DNA of 57,945 nucleotides from the NCBI GenBank assembly GCA_024277895.1, contig JAJRUH010000181.1, positions 1 to 57,945 on the forward strand. Direction: 5' to 3'. The DNA comes from Bacteroidota bacterium. Lineage in GTDB: Bacteria; Bacteroidota; Bacteroidia; Bacteroidales; JAADGE01. Shown piece by piece: positions 37,623 to 44,851 of the stretch. The notes below the pieces were generated by a model. That model was not told where the DNA came from, did no database searches, and saw only the letters and a program-made list of their open reading frames with translations. Position numbers and translations under genes: made by a program. Every line of letters starts with the position of its first letter. Position 1 is the first letter of the stretch.

Positions 37623-38099
37623 ATGAAAATAAAAACCGGCATAGGCTACGATGTTCACAAACTTGTAAAAGACAGAACTTTAACCGTAGGCGGAATTGAA
37701 ATTCCTCACGAAAAAGGCAGTCTCGGTCATTCCGACGGCGATGTTCTCATTCATGCAATCTGCGATGCTTTACTCGGTGCCGGAAACCTACGGGATATCG
37801 GTTTTAATTTTCCTGATACTTCCGAAAAATATAAAGGAATTGACAGCAAAATTCTGTTAAAAGAAGTTGTAAAATTAATACGAGAAAAAGGATTTGAAAT
37901 TTCCAACATCGACAGCACAATTGTTCTTCAAAAACCCAAAGTTAAAGAGTACATTCCTAAAATGAAAGCCGTTCTTGCCGAAACTATGCATATACCGGTT
38001 GATGATATTTCTGTTAAAGCAACAACTACCGAAAATCTCGGTTTCACCGGAAGGGAAGAAGGCATAGCTGCTTATGCAAGTGTTTTGATAATAAAATAG
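37623..38099 (+). CDS. ispF: 2-C-methyl-D-erythritol 2,4-cyclodiphosphate synthase
   Basis: Motifs MKIKTGIGYDVH, GHSDGDVLIHAICDALLGA and the C-terminal TTTENLGFTGREEGIA. Confidence 0.95.
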   Translation: MKIKTGIGYDVHKLVKDRTLTVGGIEIPHEKGSLGHSDGDVLIHAICDALLGAGNLRDIGFNFPDTSEKYKGIDSKILLKEVVKLIREKGFEISNIDSTIVLQKPKVKEYIPKMKAVLAETMHIPVDDISVKATTTENLGFTGREEGIAAYASVLIIK

Positions 38100-38196
38100 G
38101 GCTTACTGAAAAGCTCAGATGTGCGTCTGTTTTGGATTTTATGAGATGTAGATGTATGTAAATGCCTCAAATTGAATAAAATACGGTAGTATCCCT
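38098..38196. mobile_element. Truncated or internally deleted copy of the AGGGCTTGCTGAAAAGCTCA... MITE-like element
   Basis: The first 27 nt, AGGGCTTACTGAAAAGCTCAGATGTGC, match the left end of the 46731 copy. The end ...TAGTATCCCT resembles its right end with the TTTTCAGCAAGC part missing. The ispF TAG stop (38097-38099) overlaps the first bases. Confidence 0.55.
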
Positions 38197-38211
38197 TTTT
38201 GTGTGTATTTT

Positions 38212-39003
38212 TTATTTTCTGAATATTTCTTTCTTCAAGTTATCAAAAGCATCAAAAGCAAATCGATTGGAAAATAAAATTGTTAAAACCACATTCAAAA
38301 CTGCCGAAGAAAATATAGTTATTAATAACATAATTTGATATTTCACTGCAACATTAGGGTTACTGCCTCCGAGAATTTGTCCCGTCATCATTCCGGGCAG
38401 GGAAATTAAACCCATAATTGCCGTCGTCGCAATCATCGGATTAAAAGCAACTTTTAATGCATCTCGCATAAAAGGCAAAAGAGCTTCTCTTTTGTTTGCT
38501 CCGTTTGCTAAGTGCCATCGATAGTAGGTTTCCTCTTCATCAATTCGTCTGTAAAAAGCATCAATGGCAATAACAACATTTTTAATCGTATTTCCGAGCA
38601 ACATTCCCGTTATCGGAATAAAATACCGAGCATTAAAAACATTATCCAATTTAATAACAAAACCTAAAAAAAAAGCATCCGTAACAGCAATACTTATTAT
38701 TCCTGAAAATAAAACAGGAATAAAAAATAATCGCAAACGTAAACCGCTTCTTCGAATAATTGTGTATGATGCAATAACCGACATTAAAATAACCCAGCCG
38801 ATATTTATCAGGGTATTATTCAACTTAAAAATATACTCCAAATATAAACCGACCAACAGCAGTTGAACAGTCATTCTTGCCGTTGCAATTAGTGTATCTT
38901 TTACCAATCCGGTTTTATAATACCACAACACAAATACCGGAATAAGCATTAATGCATAGCCCGAAAACAGAGCAAAATAATTTATGTCAACAACTTTTTC
39001 CAT
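38212..39003 (-). CDS. fetB: FetB/YbbM-family (UPF0014) ABC-type iron export permease
   Basis: 263 aa, multi-pass, with an ARMTVQLLLVGLYLEYIF-type motif. It is paired with an upstream ABC ATPase. Confidence 0.72.
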   Translation of the reverse strand: MEKVVDINYFALFSGYALMLIPVFVLWYYKTGLVKDTLIATARMTVQLLLVGLYLEYIFKLNNTLINIGWVILMSVIASYTIIRRSGLRLRLFFIPVLFSGIISIAVTDAFFLGFVIKLDNVFNARYFIPITGMLLGNTIKNVVIAIDAFYRRIDEEETYYRWHLANGANKREALLPFMRDALKVAFNPMIATTAIMGLISLPGMMTGQILGGSNPNVAVKYQIMLLITIFSSAVLNVVLTILFSNRFAFDAFDNLKKEIFRK

Positions 39004-39012
39004 TTTAATCCT

Positions 39013-39039
39013 TCAATCTTGTTCAATCTCCCTCAATCT
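39013..39039. repeat. Three direct TCAATCT repeats at an exact 10-nt period in the fetA-fetB spacer
   Basis: TCAATCT occurs at 39013, 39023 and 39033 (AGATTGA on the coding strand). Confidence 0.8.
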
Positions 39040-39085
39040 TCTTTTAACACAATTCAACAAATTTATCCGATTTTTTTATCCAATA

Positions 39086-39661
39086 TTAATCGTGTGTTGC
39101 CGCAACCACCGTAAGATTTTTTCGGTTTAAAATATAATCGGTAATTTTCCTTTTTACTTTTTCATCTAATGCAGAAGTCGGCTCATCAATCAGTAACAAG
39201 GACTTTTTTAATAAGAAGCAGCTTGCAAGCATAATTCGCTGTTTCTGTCCGCCTGAAATTTCGTTTATTTTTTTATCAAGCAGGCTTTCGGATAATTCAA
39301 ATTCTTTAAAAATTTCAGCAATTTCATTTTTCCCGGGTTTGTTTTTTTTATTTATCTCAAATTCAAAAGGTGCATAAAAAAGTTCTTCAACAGTTTTTAC
39401 GGCTAATGATGTGTCTTGCGGTAACCACGCAATATTTTTTCTTATTTCGGAAATGTTCTCTGCATTAAGGCTCTTTCCGAATATGCTTACAACACCTTTA
39501 TAATCAGGAACAAATCCTGCAAGTAAATTTAATAAAGTAGTTTTTCCTTTTCCGGATTTACCGGTTATCGCTACTTTTTCTCCTTTTTTTATCAAAAGTG
39601 AAAAATTACTGAAAATAATTTCGTCTTTAAAATTTATATTGAGCTTCGAAATTTCTATCAT
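39086..39661 (-). CDS. fetA: ABC transporter ATP-binding protein (FetA/YbbL-like)
   Basis: I chose the ATG at 39661 (MIEISKLNINF). It has Walker A GKSGKGKTT, signature SGGQKQR and Walker B LLLIDEPTSALD. The ORF-track extension to 39835 would overlap the divergent promoter and marR. Confidence 0.82.
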   Translation of the reverse strand: MIEISKLNINFKDEIIFSNFSLLIKKGEKVAITGKSGKGKTTLLNLLAGFVPDYKGVVSIFGKSLNAENISEIRKNIAWLPQDTSLAVKTVEELFYAPFEFEINKKNKPGKNEIAEIFKEFELSESLLDKKINEISGGQKQRIMLASCFLLKKSLLLIDEPTSALDEKVKRKITDYILNRKNLTVVAATHD

Positions 39662-39728
39662 TTGAGCGTAAATCTTTGTACAAAGAAAAATAATTATTTC
39701 AGTAAAAAATAAAATTATTAATAAATAC

Positions 39729-39760
39729 TTTGCTTGCATAATATTTTTTATGTAAATTTG
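39729..39760 (+). promoter_or_regulatory. Candidate Bacteroidota promoter: -33 TTTG (39729-39732) and -7 TAAATTTG (39753-39760) for the marR/beta-oxidation operon
   Basis: The two elements are spaced 20 nt apart. The -7 box is 28 nt upstream of the ATG at 39788. Confidence 0.5.
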
Positions 39761-39787
39761 CAATGCACGCATAATAAATGTGAAAAT

Positions 39788-40240
39788 ATGAATTTGAAAG
39801 ATACCGTTGATTTTCATATCAAAGGAACATGGCATACATTAACAAAAATGTACAATCGCTTAGCAGCCGAGCATGGCACATCGCAAACCGTTGCTTATAT
39901 TCTTGTAAATATAGATAAAGAAGGAACACCCGCCACGCAAATTGCTTGTCGACTCGGAATGGAACCGACAAGTTTAAGCCGAGTTTTAAAAAAAATGGAA
40001 GTTCAAAAATTTATCTTTAAAGAAGTTGATGAAAAAGATAAAAGAATAATGAAAATTTTTTTAACCGATTTCGGAATTAAAAAAAGAAAATTAGTAAAAC
40101 AAATTTTAATTGATTTCAATAAAAAACTTCTGAACAAAACAGACAAAACAGAACTTAAAATTTTTTATAAAGTGTTAAATCAAATTAATGAATTAGCCTA
40201 TAAAGAAAATCCGGCTAATCAACAACAGACTAATAAATAA
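39788..40240 (+). CDS. MarR family transcriptional regulator
   Basis: The ATG at 39788 (MNLKDTVDF) is preferred. It has the wHTH IACRLGMEPTSLSRVLKKMEVQKFI. Confidence 0.8.
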   Translation: MNLKDTVDFHIKGTWHTLTKMYNRLAAEHGTSQTVAYILVNIDKEGTPATQIACRLGMEPTSLSRVLKKMEVQKFIFKEVDEKDKRIMKIFLTDFGIKKRKLVKQILIDFNKKLLNKTDKTELKIFYKVLNQINELAYKENPANQQQTNK

Positions 40241-40258
40241 ATATAAACCCCTATTATT

Positions 40259-42661
40259 ATGACAAGAAGAATTAAAAAAGTAGCAGTTCTCGGCTCCGGA
40301 GTAATGGGCTCCGGAATAGCTTGTCATTTTGCGAACATCGGTCTCGAAGTTTTGCTTATCGACATTGTACCTCGCGAATTGACTGATGCAGAAAAAGCAA
40401 AAGGGCTGACACTTGACGACAAAGCAGTACGAAATCGTATTGTAAACAGTGCTTTAAAAAACGCACTTAAATCAAAACCATCTCCCATTTATAAAAAAGA
40501 ATTTGCCAAACGTATTACGACCGGTAATTTCGATGATAATCTTAAAGACATCGCAACTTGCGATTGGGTAATTGAAGTTGTAATCGAACGCCTCGATATT
40601 AAGCAACAAGTTTTTGCCAATGTCGATAAATTAAGAAAAAAAGGTGCATTGGTAACTTCAAATACTTCCGGTATCTCAATCGAAAAAATGATTGAAGGAA
40701 GAAGTGAAGATTTCCAAAAACATTTCTGCGGAACACACTTTTTTAACCCCCCGCGATATTTAAAACTCTTCGAAATCATACCTTCGTCAAAAACAGACCC
40801 CGAAGTTATTGAATTTCTCGGCTATTATGCTCGCCGTTTCTTGGGAAAAACAACCGTTCACGCGAAAGATACCCCCGCATTTATTGCAAACCGTATCGGA
40901 ACATTTTCAATAATGTATCTTTTCAATAATGTGAAAAAATACGGATTGAACATTACCGAAATTGATAAACTTACGGGAACATTGATAGGACGTGCAAAAT
41001 CAGCCACTTTCAGAACGGCGGATGTAGTAGGTCTTGACACTTTGGTTCACGTTGCAAACGGAATTAAAGAAAATACAAGTGATGAGGGAAATGAATATTT
41101 TGCAATTCCTGATTATGTTCAAAAAATGTTGGACAACGGCTGGCTCGGTTCCAAAACTAGAAAAGGTTTTTCGACAAAAGTTATGGTTGACGGTAAAAAA
41201 ACATTCCCTACTCTCGATTTTGAGACATTGGAATATACTGTTGACCCGAAACCGAAATTTAAAGTTTTTGAAAAAACAAAAGGAATTGAAAATATAGGTG
41301 AGCGTATCGCAATTTTCATGAAAGATAAAGATAAAGTCGGTGAATTTATGCGTGATAGTTTTTATGCACTTTTTTGGTATTCTTCAAATCGTATTCCCGA
41401 AATTACCGATGCTCTTTATAAAATTGACGATGCTCTGAATGCAGGTTTCGGATGGAAACTCGGACCTTTTACGACTTGGGATGCGGTAGGTGTTGAAGAA
41501 ACCGTAAAAGCAATGGAAGAAGCCGGCAGAAAACCTGCTCAATGGGTTTACGATATGCTCGAAAGCGGTGCAAAATCTTTCTATAAAGTTGAAGAAGGTA
41601 AAAAATTATATTATGATATTCCTTCAAAATCCTATAAAATAATTCCGGGCAGCGAAGGCATAATTTCTCTTGATATTTTACGAGAAACAAATGTTATTTA
41701 TAAAAATGAAGAGGCATCGGTTTTTGATATCGGCGACGGAGTTCTTAATGTAGAATTCCATTCAAAAATGAATGTTATCGGTGCCGGAACTTTGCAAGCT
41801 CTTAATAAAGCAATTGACTTGGCAGAAGCCGACTATAAAGCGGTTATTGTGTCAAACGAAGCTGACCATTTTTCTGCCGGAGCAAACGTAGGAATGATTT
41901 TTATGATGGCTGTAGAACAAGAATATGATGAATTAAACTATGCCGTACAAATGTTCCAAAACACTATGATGCGACTTCGTTACTCATCAATTCCGGTAAT
42001 TGCCTGTCCTCACGGAATGGCACTCGGCGGCGGTTGCGAACTGTCAATGCACTCCGATAAAGTTATTGCTCACGCAGAAACTTATATGGGACTTGTTGAA
42101 TTCGGTGTCGGATTAATTCCCGGCGGCGGCGGAACAAAAGAATTTGCACTTCGCCTCGGAGACGAAATAAGAGACGGTGACATCCGCTCAAATCTGTTCC
42201 TCAACAGGTATCTTACTATCGGACAAGCAAAAGTATCAACATCAGCTTACGAAGCTTTCGATTTAGGTTATTTACGTCCGGGCATTGATGAAGTCATTGT
42301 CAGCTCAGTTGATCAAGTATCTTATGCTAAAAAAATTGCTTTGCAAATAGTTGAAAAAGGGTATTCACAACCGGCTCCGCGAAATAATGTTAAGGTTCTC
42401 GGTAAGGAAGTTCACGGACTCTGGCTTGTAGGTGCCGACAGCTTTACAAAAGGCGGCTATATGTCGGAACACGATAAATTAATTGCAGAAAAACTCGGTT
42501 ATGTCATTTCAGGAGGAGATATTTCTCAGGCAATGACAGAAGTTACGGAAAAATATCTGCTGGAACTCGAACGAAAAGCTTTTATGGAACTTGCTATGCA
42601 AAAGAAAACATTAGAGCGTATGCAAAGTTTAATAACTAAAGGTAAAATACTCAGAAATTAA
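40259..42661 (+). CDS. Bifunctional 3-hydroxyacyl-CoA dehydrogenase / enoyl-CoA hydratase family protein (FadB/FadJ-like, dehydrogenase domain first)
   Basis: 800 aa with the N-terminal NAD fingerprint VAVLGSGVMGSGIA and a C-terminal crotonase-like region (FSAGANVG, GGGCEL). Confidence 0.9.
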   Translation: MTRRIKKVAVLGSGVMGSGIACHFANIGLEVLLIDIVPRELTDAEKAKGLTLDDKAVRNRIVNSALKNALKSKPSPIYKKEFAKRITTGNFDDNLKDIATCDWVIEVVIERLDIKQQVFANVDKLRKKGALVTSNTSGISIEKMIEGRSEDFQKHFCGTHFFNPPRYLKLFEIIPSSKTDPEVIEFLGYYARRFLGKTTVHAKDTPAFIANRIGTFSIMYLFNNVKKYGLNITEIDKLTGTLIGRAKSATFRTADVVGLDTLVHVANGIKENTSDEGNEYFAIPDYVQKMLDNGWLGSKTRKGFSTKVMVDGKKTFPTLDFETLEYTVDPKPKFKVFEKTKGIENIGERIAIFMKDKDKVGEFMRDSFYALFWYSSNRIPEITDALYKIDDALNAGFGWKLGPFTTWDAVGVEETVKAMEEAGRKPAQWVYDMLESGAKSFYKVEEGKKLYYDIPSKSYKIIPGSEGIISLDILRETNVIYKNEEASVFDIGDGVLNVEFHSKMNVIGAGTLQALNKAIDLAEADYKAVIVSNEADHFSAGANVGMIFMMAVEQEYDELNYAVQMFQNTMMRLRYSSIPVIACPHGMALGGGCELSMHSDKVIAHAETYMGLVEFGVGLIPGGGGTKEFALRLGDEIRDGDIRSNLFLNRYLTIGQAKVSTSAYEAFDLGYLRPGIDEVIVSSVDQVSYAKKIALQIVEKGYSQPAPRNNVKVLGKEVHGLWLVGADSFTKGGYMSEHDKLIAEKLGYVISGGDISQAMTEVTEKYLLELERKAFMELAMQKKTLERMQSLITKGKILRN

Positions 42662-42670
42662 TTTATAGTA

Positions 42671-42707
42671 CGCTGATTATTATGATTGTTATGATGTTTT
42701 AAGATTT
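42671..42707. repeat. Left arm of an imperfect inverted repeat abutting the GxxExxY ORF start
   Basis: CGCTGATTATTATGATTGTTATGATGTTTTAAGATTT matches the reverse complement of 43095-43130 at 28 of 36 aligned positions by hand count (15 of the first 17). Confidence 0.65.
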
Positions 42708-43094
42708 ATGAATTCAAATTATTTACATTCTGATATAACCGGTAAAATTCTGAAAGCATTTTATAATGTTTATAATAAACTCGGTTTTGGTTTTCTTGAA
42801 AAAGTTTATGAAAAATCAATGTTAATTGAACTTCGTAAACTTGGATTAAAAGCTGAAAATCAAAAGCAAATTAAAGTTTATTACGATAATGCAGAAGTAG
42901 GAGAATATTATGCAGATATTATAGTAAATAATTGTATTATTATTGAATTAAAAGCCGCTGAAAATCTTATACCGGAACATGAGGCGCAATTAGTAAATTA
43001 TCTTCGTGCAACGGAAATAGAAGTTGGACTTTTACTTAATTTTGGTAAAACACCTCAAAAAATCAGGCGAGTTTTAACAAAAGAGTATAAATAA
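42708..43094 (+). CDS. GxxExxY protein (PD-(D/E)XK nuclease-like small protein family)
   Basis: 128 aa with the GFLEKVY motif (GxxExxY), YADIIVNNCIIIELKA and a LLLNFG tail typical of the family. Confidence 0.88.
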   Translation: MNSNYLHSDITGKILKAFYNVYNKLGFGFLEKVYEKSMLIELRKLGLKAENQKQIKVYYDNAEVGEYYADIIVNNCIIIELKAAENLIPEHEAQLVNYLRATEIEVGLLLNFGKTPQKIRRVLTKEYK

Positions 43095-43130
43095 AATCAT
43101 AAGAAATCTTAATAATCATAAAAATCAGTG
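43095..43130. repeat. Right arm of the inverted repeat abutting the GxxExxY ORF stop
   Basis: AATCATAAGAAATCTTAATAATCATAAAAATCAGTG. See the left arm at 42671-42707. Confidence 0.65.
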
Positions 43131-43161
43131 TCCTGTTAAATCATTAAATAAATTAAAAAAA

Positions 43162-44331
43162 ATGGAAGCATATATAGTAGGCGGATACAGGTCAGCAATA
43201 GGCAAAGCACCTCGGGGAAAATTCAGATTTACACGCCCCGATGATATTGCCGTTGACGTAATAAAGCACCTGATGAACGATTTTCCGCAAATCGAAAAAA
43301 ATAAAATAGACGATGTAGTTGTCGGAAACGCATTTCCCGAAGCCGAAAGCGGATTAAATATGGGAAGACTACTGTCTTTAATGAGCTTAGATACAGTGGA
43401 AGTTCCCGGCTCAACAATAAACAGATATTGTGCATCCGGATTGGAAACTATTGCCGTGGCAACAGCAAAAATCCGTGCCGGATTAGCAGATATTATTATC
43501 GCCGGAGGAGCAGAAACAATGTCAATGATTGCTATGGGAGGTTGGCGAAGTATTCCTAACCCAAAGGCATCAAAAAAACACCCCGACTGGTGGCACGGAA
43601 TGGGCTTAACTGCCGAAGCAGTTGCAAAAGAATACAATGTTAGTCGCGAAGCACAAGACGAATTTTCGCTGAAATCTCACGACAAGGCATTAAAAGCAAT
43701 TGCCGAAGGAAAATTTAAAGACCAAATAGTTCCGATTGAAGTAGAAGAAACATATTTCGATGAAGACAAAGCTAAAACAAGAAAATATGTTGTTGACACC
43801 GACGAAGGACCTCGAAAATCAAATATTGAAGGTTTAGCTCGTTTAAAACCGGTTTTCGCTCAAGGCGGAAGCGTAACCGCAGGAAATTCATCTCAAATGT
43901 CCGACGGTGCAGCTTTTGTTCTCGTAGTATCGGAAAAAATGTTGAAACAATATAATTTAACCCCTATTGCTCGTTTGGTTGATTATCAAGTTGCCGGAGT
44001 TGAACCCTACAAAATGGGTATAGGTCCTACTGCAGCAATTCCGAAAGTGTTGAAACATGCCGGAATGAAACTTAATAACATTGAACAAATTGAATTAAAT
44101 GAAGCTTTTGCTTCGCAATCAATAGCTGTTATTAATGAATTGGGATTAAATCCCGATATCGTAAATGTTAACGGCGGTGCAATTGCAATGGGACACCCAC
44201 TGGGATGTACCGGGGCAAAACTTTCTGTTCAACTGTTAAATGAGATGAAACTCAGAAAGCAGAAATACGGAATGGTAACAATGTGCATAGGAACCGGACA
44301 AGGCGGCGCAGGAATATTTGAATTATTATAA
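43162..44331 (+). CDS. Acetyl-CoA C-acyltransferase (thiolase)
   Basis: 389 aa with the active Cys in NRYCASGLE, then GHPLGCTGA and CIGTGQGGA. Confidence 0.95.
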   Translation: MEAYIVGGYRSAIGKAPRGKFRFTRPDDIAVDVIKHLMNDFPQIEKNKIDDVVVGNAFPEAESGLNMGRLLSLMSLDTVEVPGSTINRYCASGLETIAVATAKIRAGLADIIIAGGAETMSMIAMGGWRSIPNPKASKKHPDWWHGMGLTAEAVAKEYNVSREAQDEFSLKSHDKALKAIAEGKFKDQIVPIEVEETYFDEDKAKTRKYVVDTDEGPRKSNIEGLARLKPVFAQGGSVTAGNSSQMSDGAAFVLVVSEKMLKQYNLTPIARLVDYQVAGVEPYKMGIGPTAAIPKVLKHAGMKLNNIEQIELNEAFASQSIAVINELGLNPDIVNVNGGAIAMGHPLGCTGAKLSVQLLNEMKLRKQKYGMVTMCIGTGQGGAGIFELL

Positions 44332-44340
44332 TTTAGATAT

Positions 44341-44394
44341 GAGTATTGAGATTGGAGAGAAATAATCAGATAAACATCTCACATCTCAATACTC
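44341..44394. repeat. Hairpin upstream of the four-helix-bundle ORF: GAGTATTGAGAT ... ATCTCAATACTC
   Basis: 12-bp perfect arms at 44341-44352 and 44383-44394. Confidence 0.75.
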
Positions 44395-44418
44395 TAATTT
44401 TACATCTAAAAAAGCAAG

Positions 44419-44775
44419 ATGCATAATTTAAAAGAACTTTCAGTTTGGAATAAAGCAATGGTTTTAACAATTGAAGTTTATGAAGCAGTTTCAAATTTCC
44501 CTGTTGATGAAAGATTTGGATTAACTTCACAAATTAAGAGGTCAGCAGTTTCTGTTCCTTCAAATATTGCAGAAGGAGCAGGAAGAAATAATGTTAAAGA
44601 ATTTATTCACTTTCTCGGAATATCAAACGGATCGTCTTTTGAATTGCAAACTCAAATAATACTTGCAAAGAATTTAAACCTTTTAAGTAAAGAAACTTCA
44701 AATTCAATATTAAATAAAATTGATGAAGTTCAAAAAATGACGTATGGTTTAATTAAAAATTTAAGAAATAATTAA
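44419..44775 (+). CDS. Four-helix-bundle protein (23S rRNA intervening-sequence protein family)
   Basis: 118 aa with ERFGLTSQIKRSAVSVPSNIAEGAGR and FLGISNGSSFELQTQ, diagnostic of the family. Confidence 0.9.
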   Translation: MHNLKELSVWNKAMVLTIEVYEAVSNFPVDERFGLTSQIKRSAVSVPSNIAEGAGRNNVKEFIHFLGISNGSSFELQTQIILAKNLNLLSKETSNSILNKIDEVQKMTYGLIKNLRNN

Positions 44776-44826
44776 TCTGATTTGAAACAAAAGCTATCAG
44801 ACTTTAAAAAGTCTCTCATATCTTAA

Positions 44827-44847
44827 ATCTCAAATCTCAAATCTCAA
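44827..44847. repeat. Three tandem ATCTCAA heptamers just upstream of the acyl-CoA dehydrogenase start
   Basis: ATCTCAAATCTCAAATCTCAA read directly. It is complementary to TTGAGAT in the upstream hairpin arm (44346-44352). Confidence 0.85.
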
Positions 44848-44851
44848 AAAA

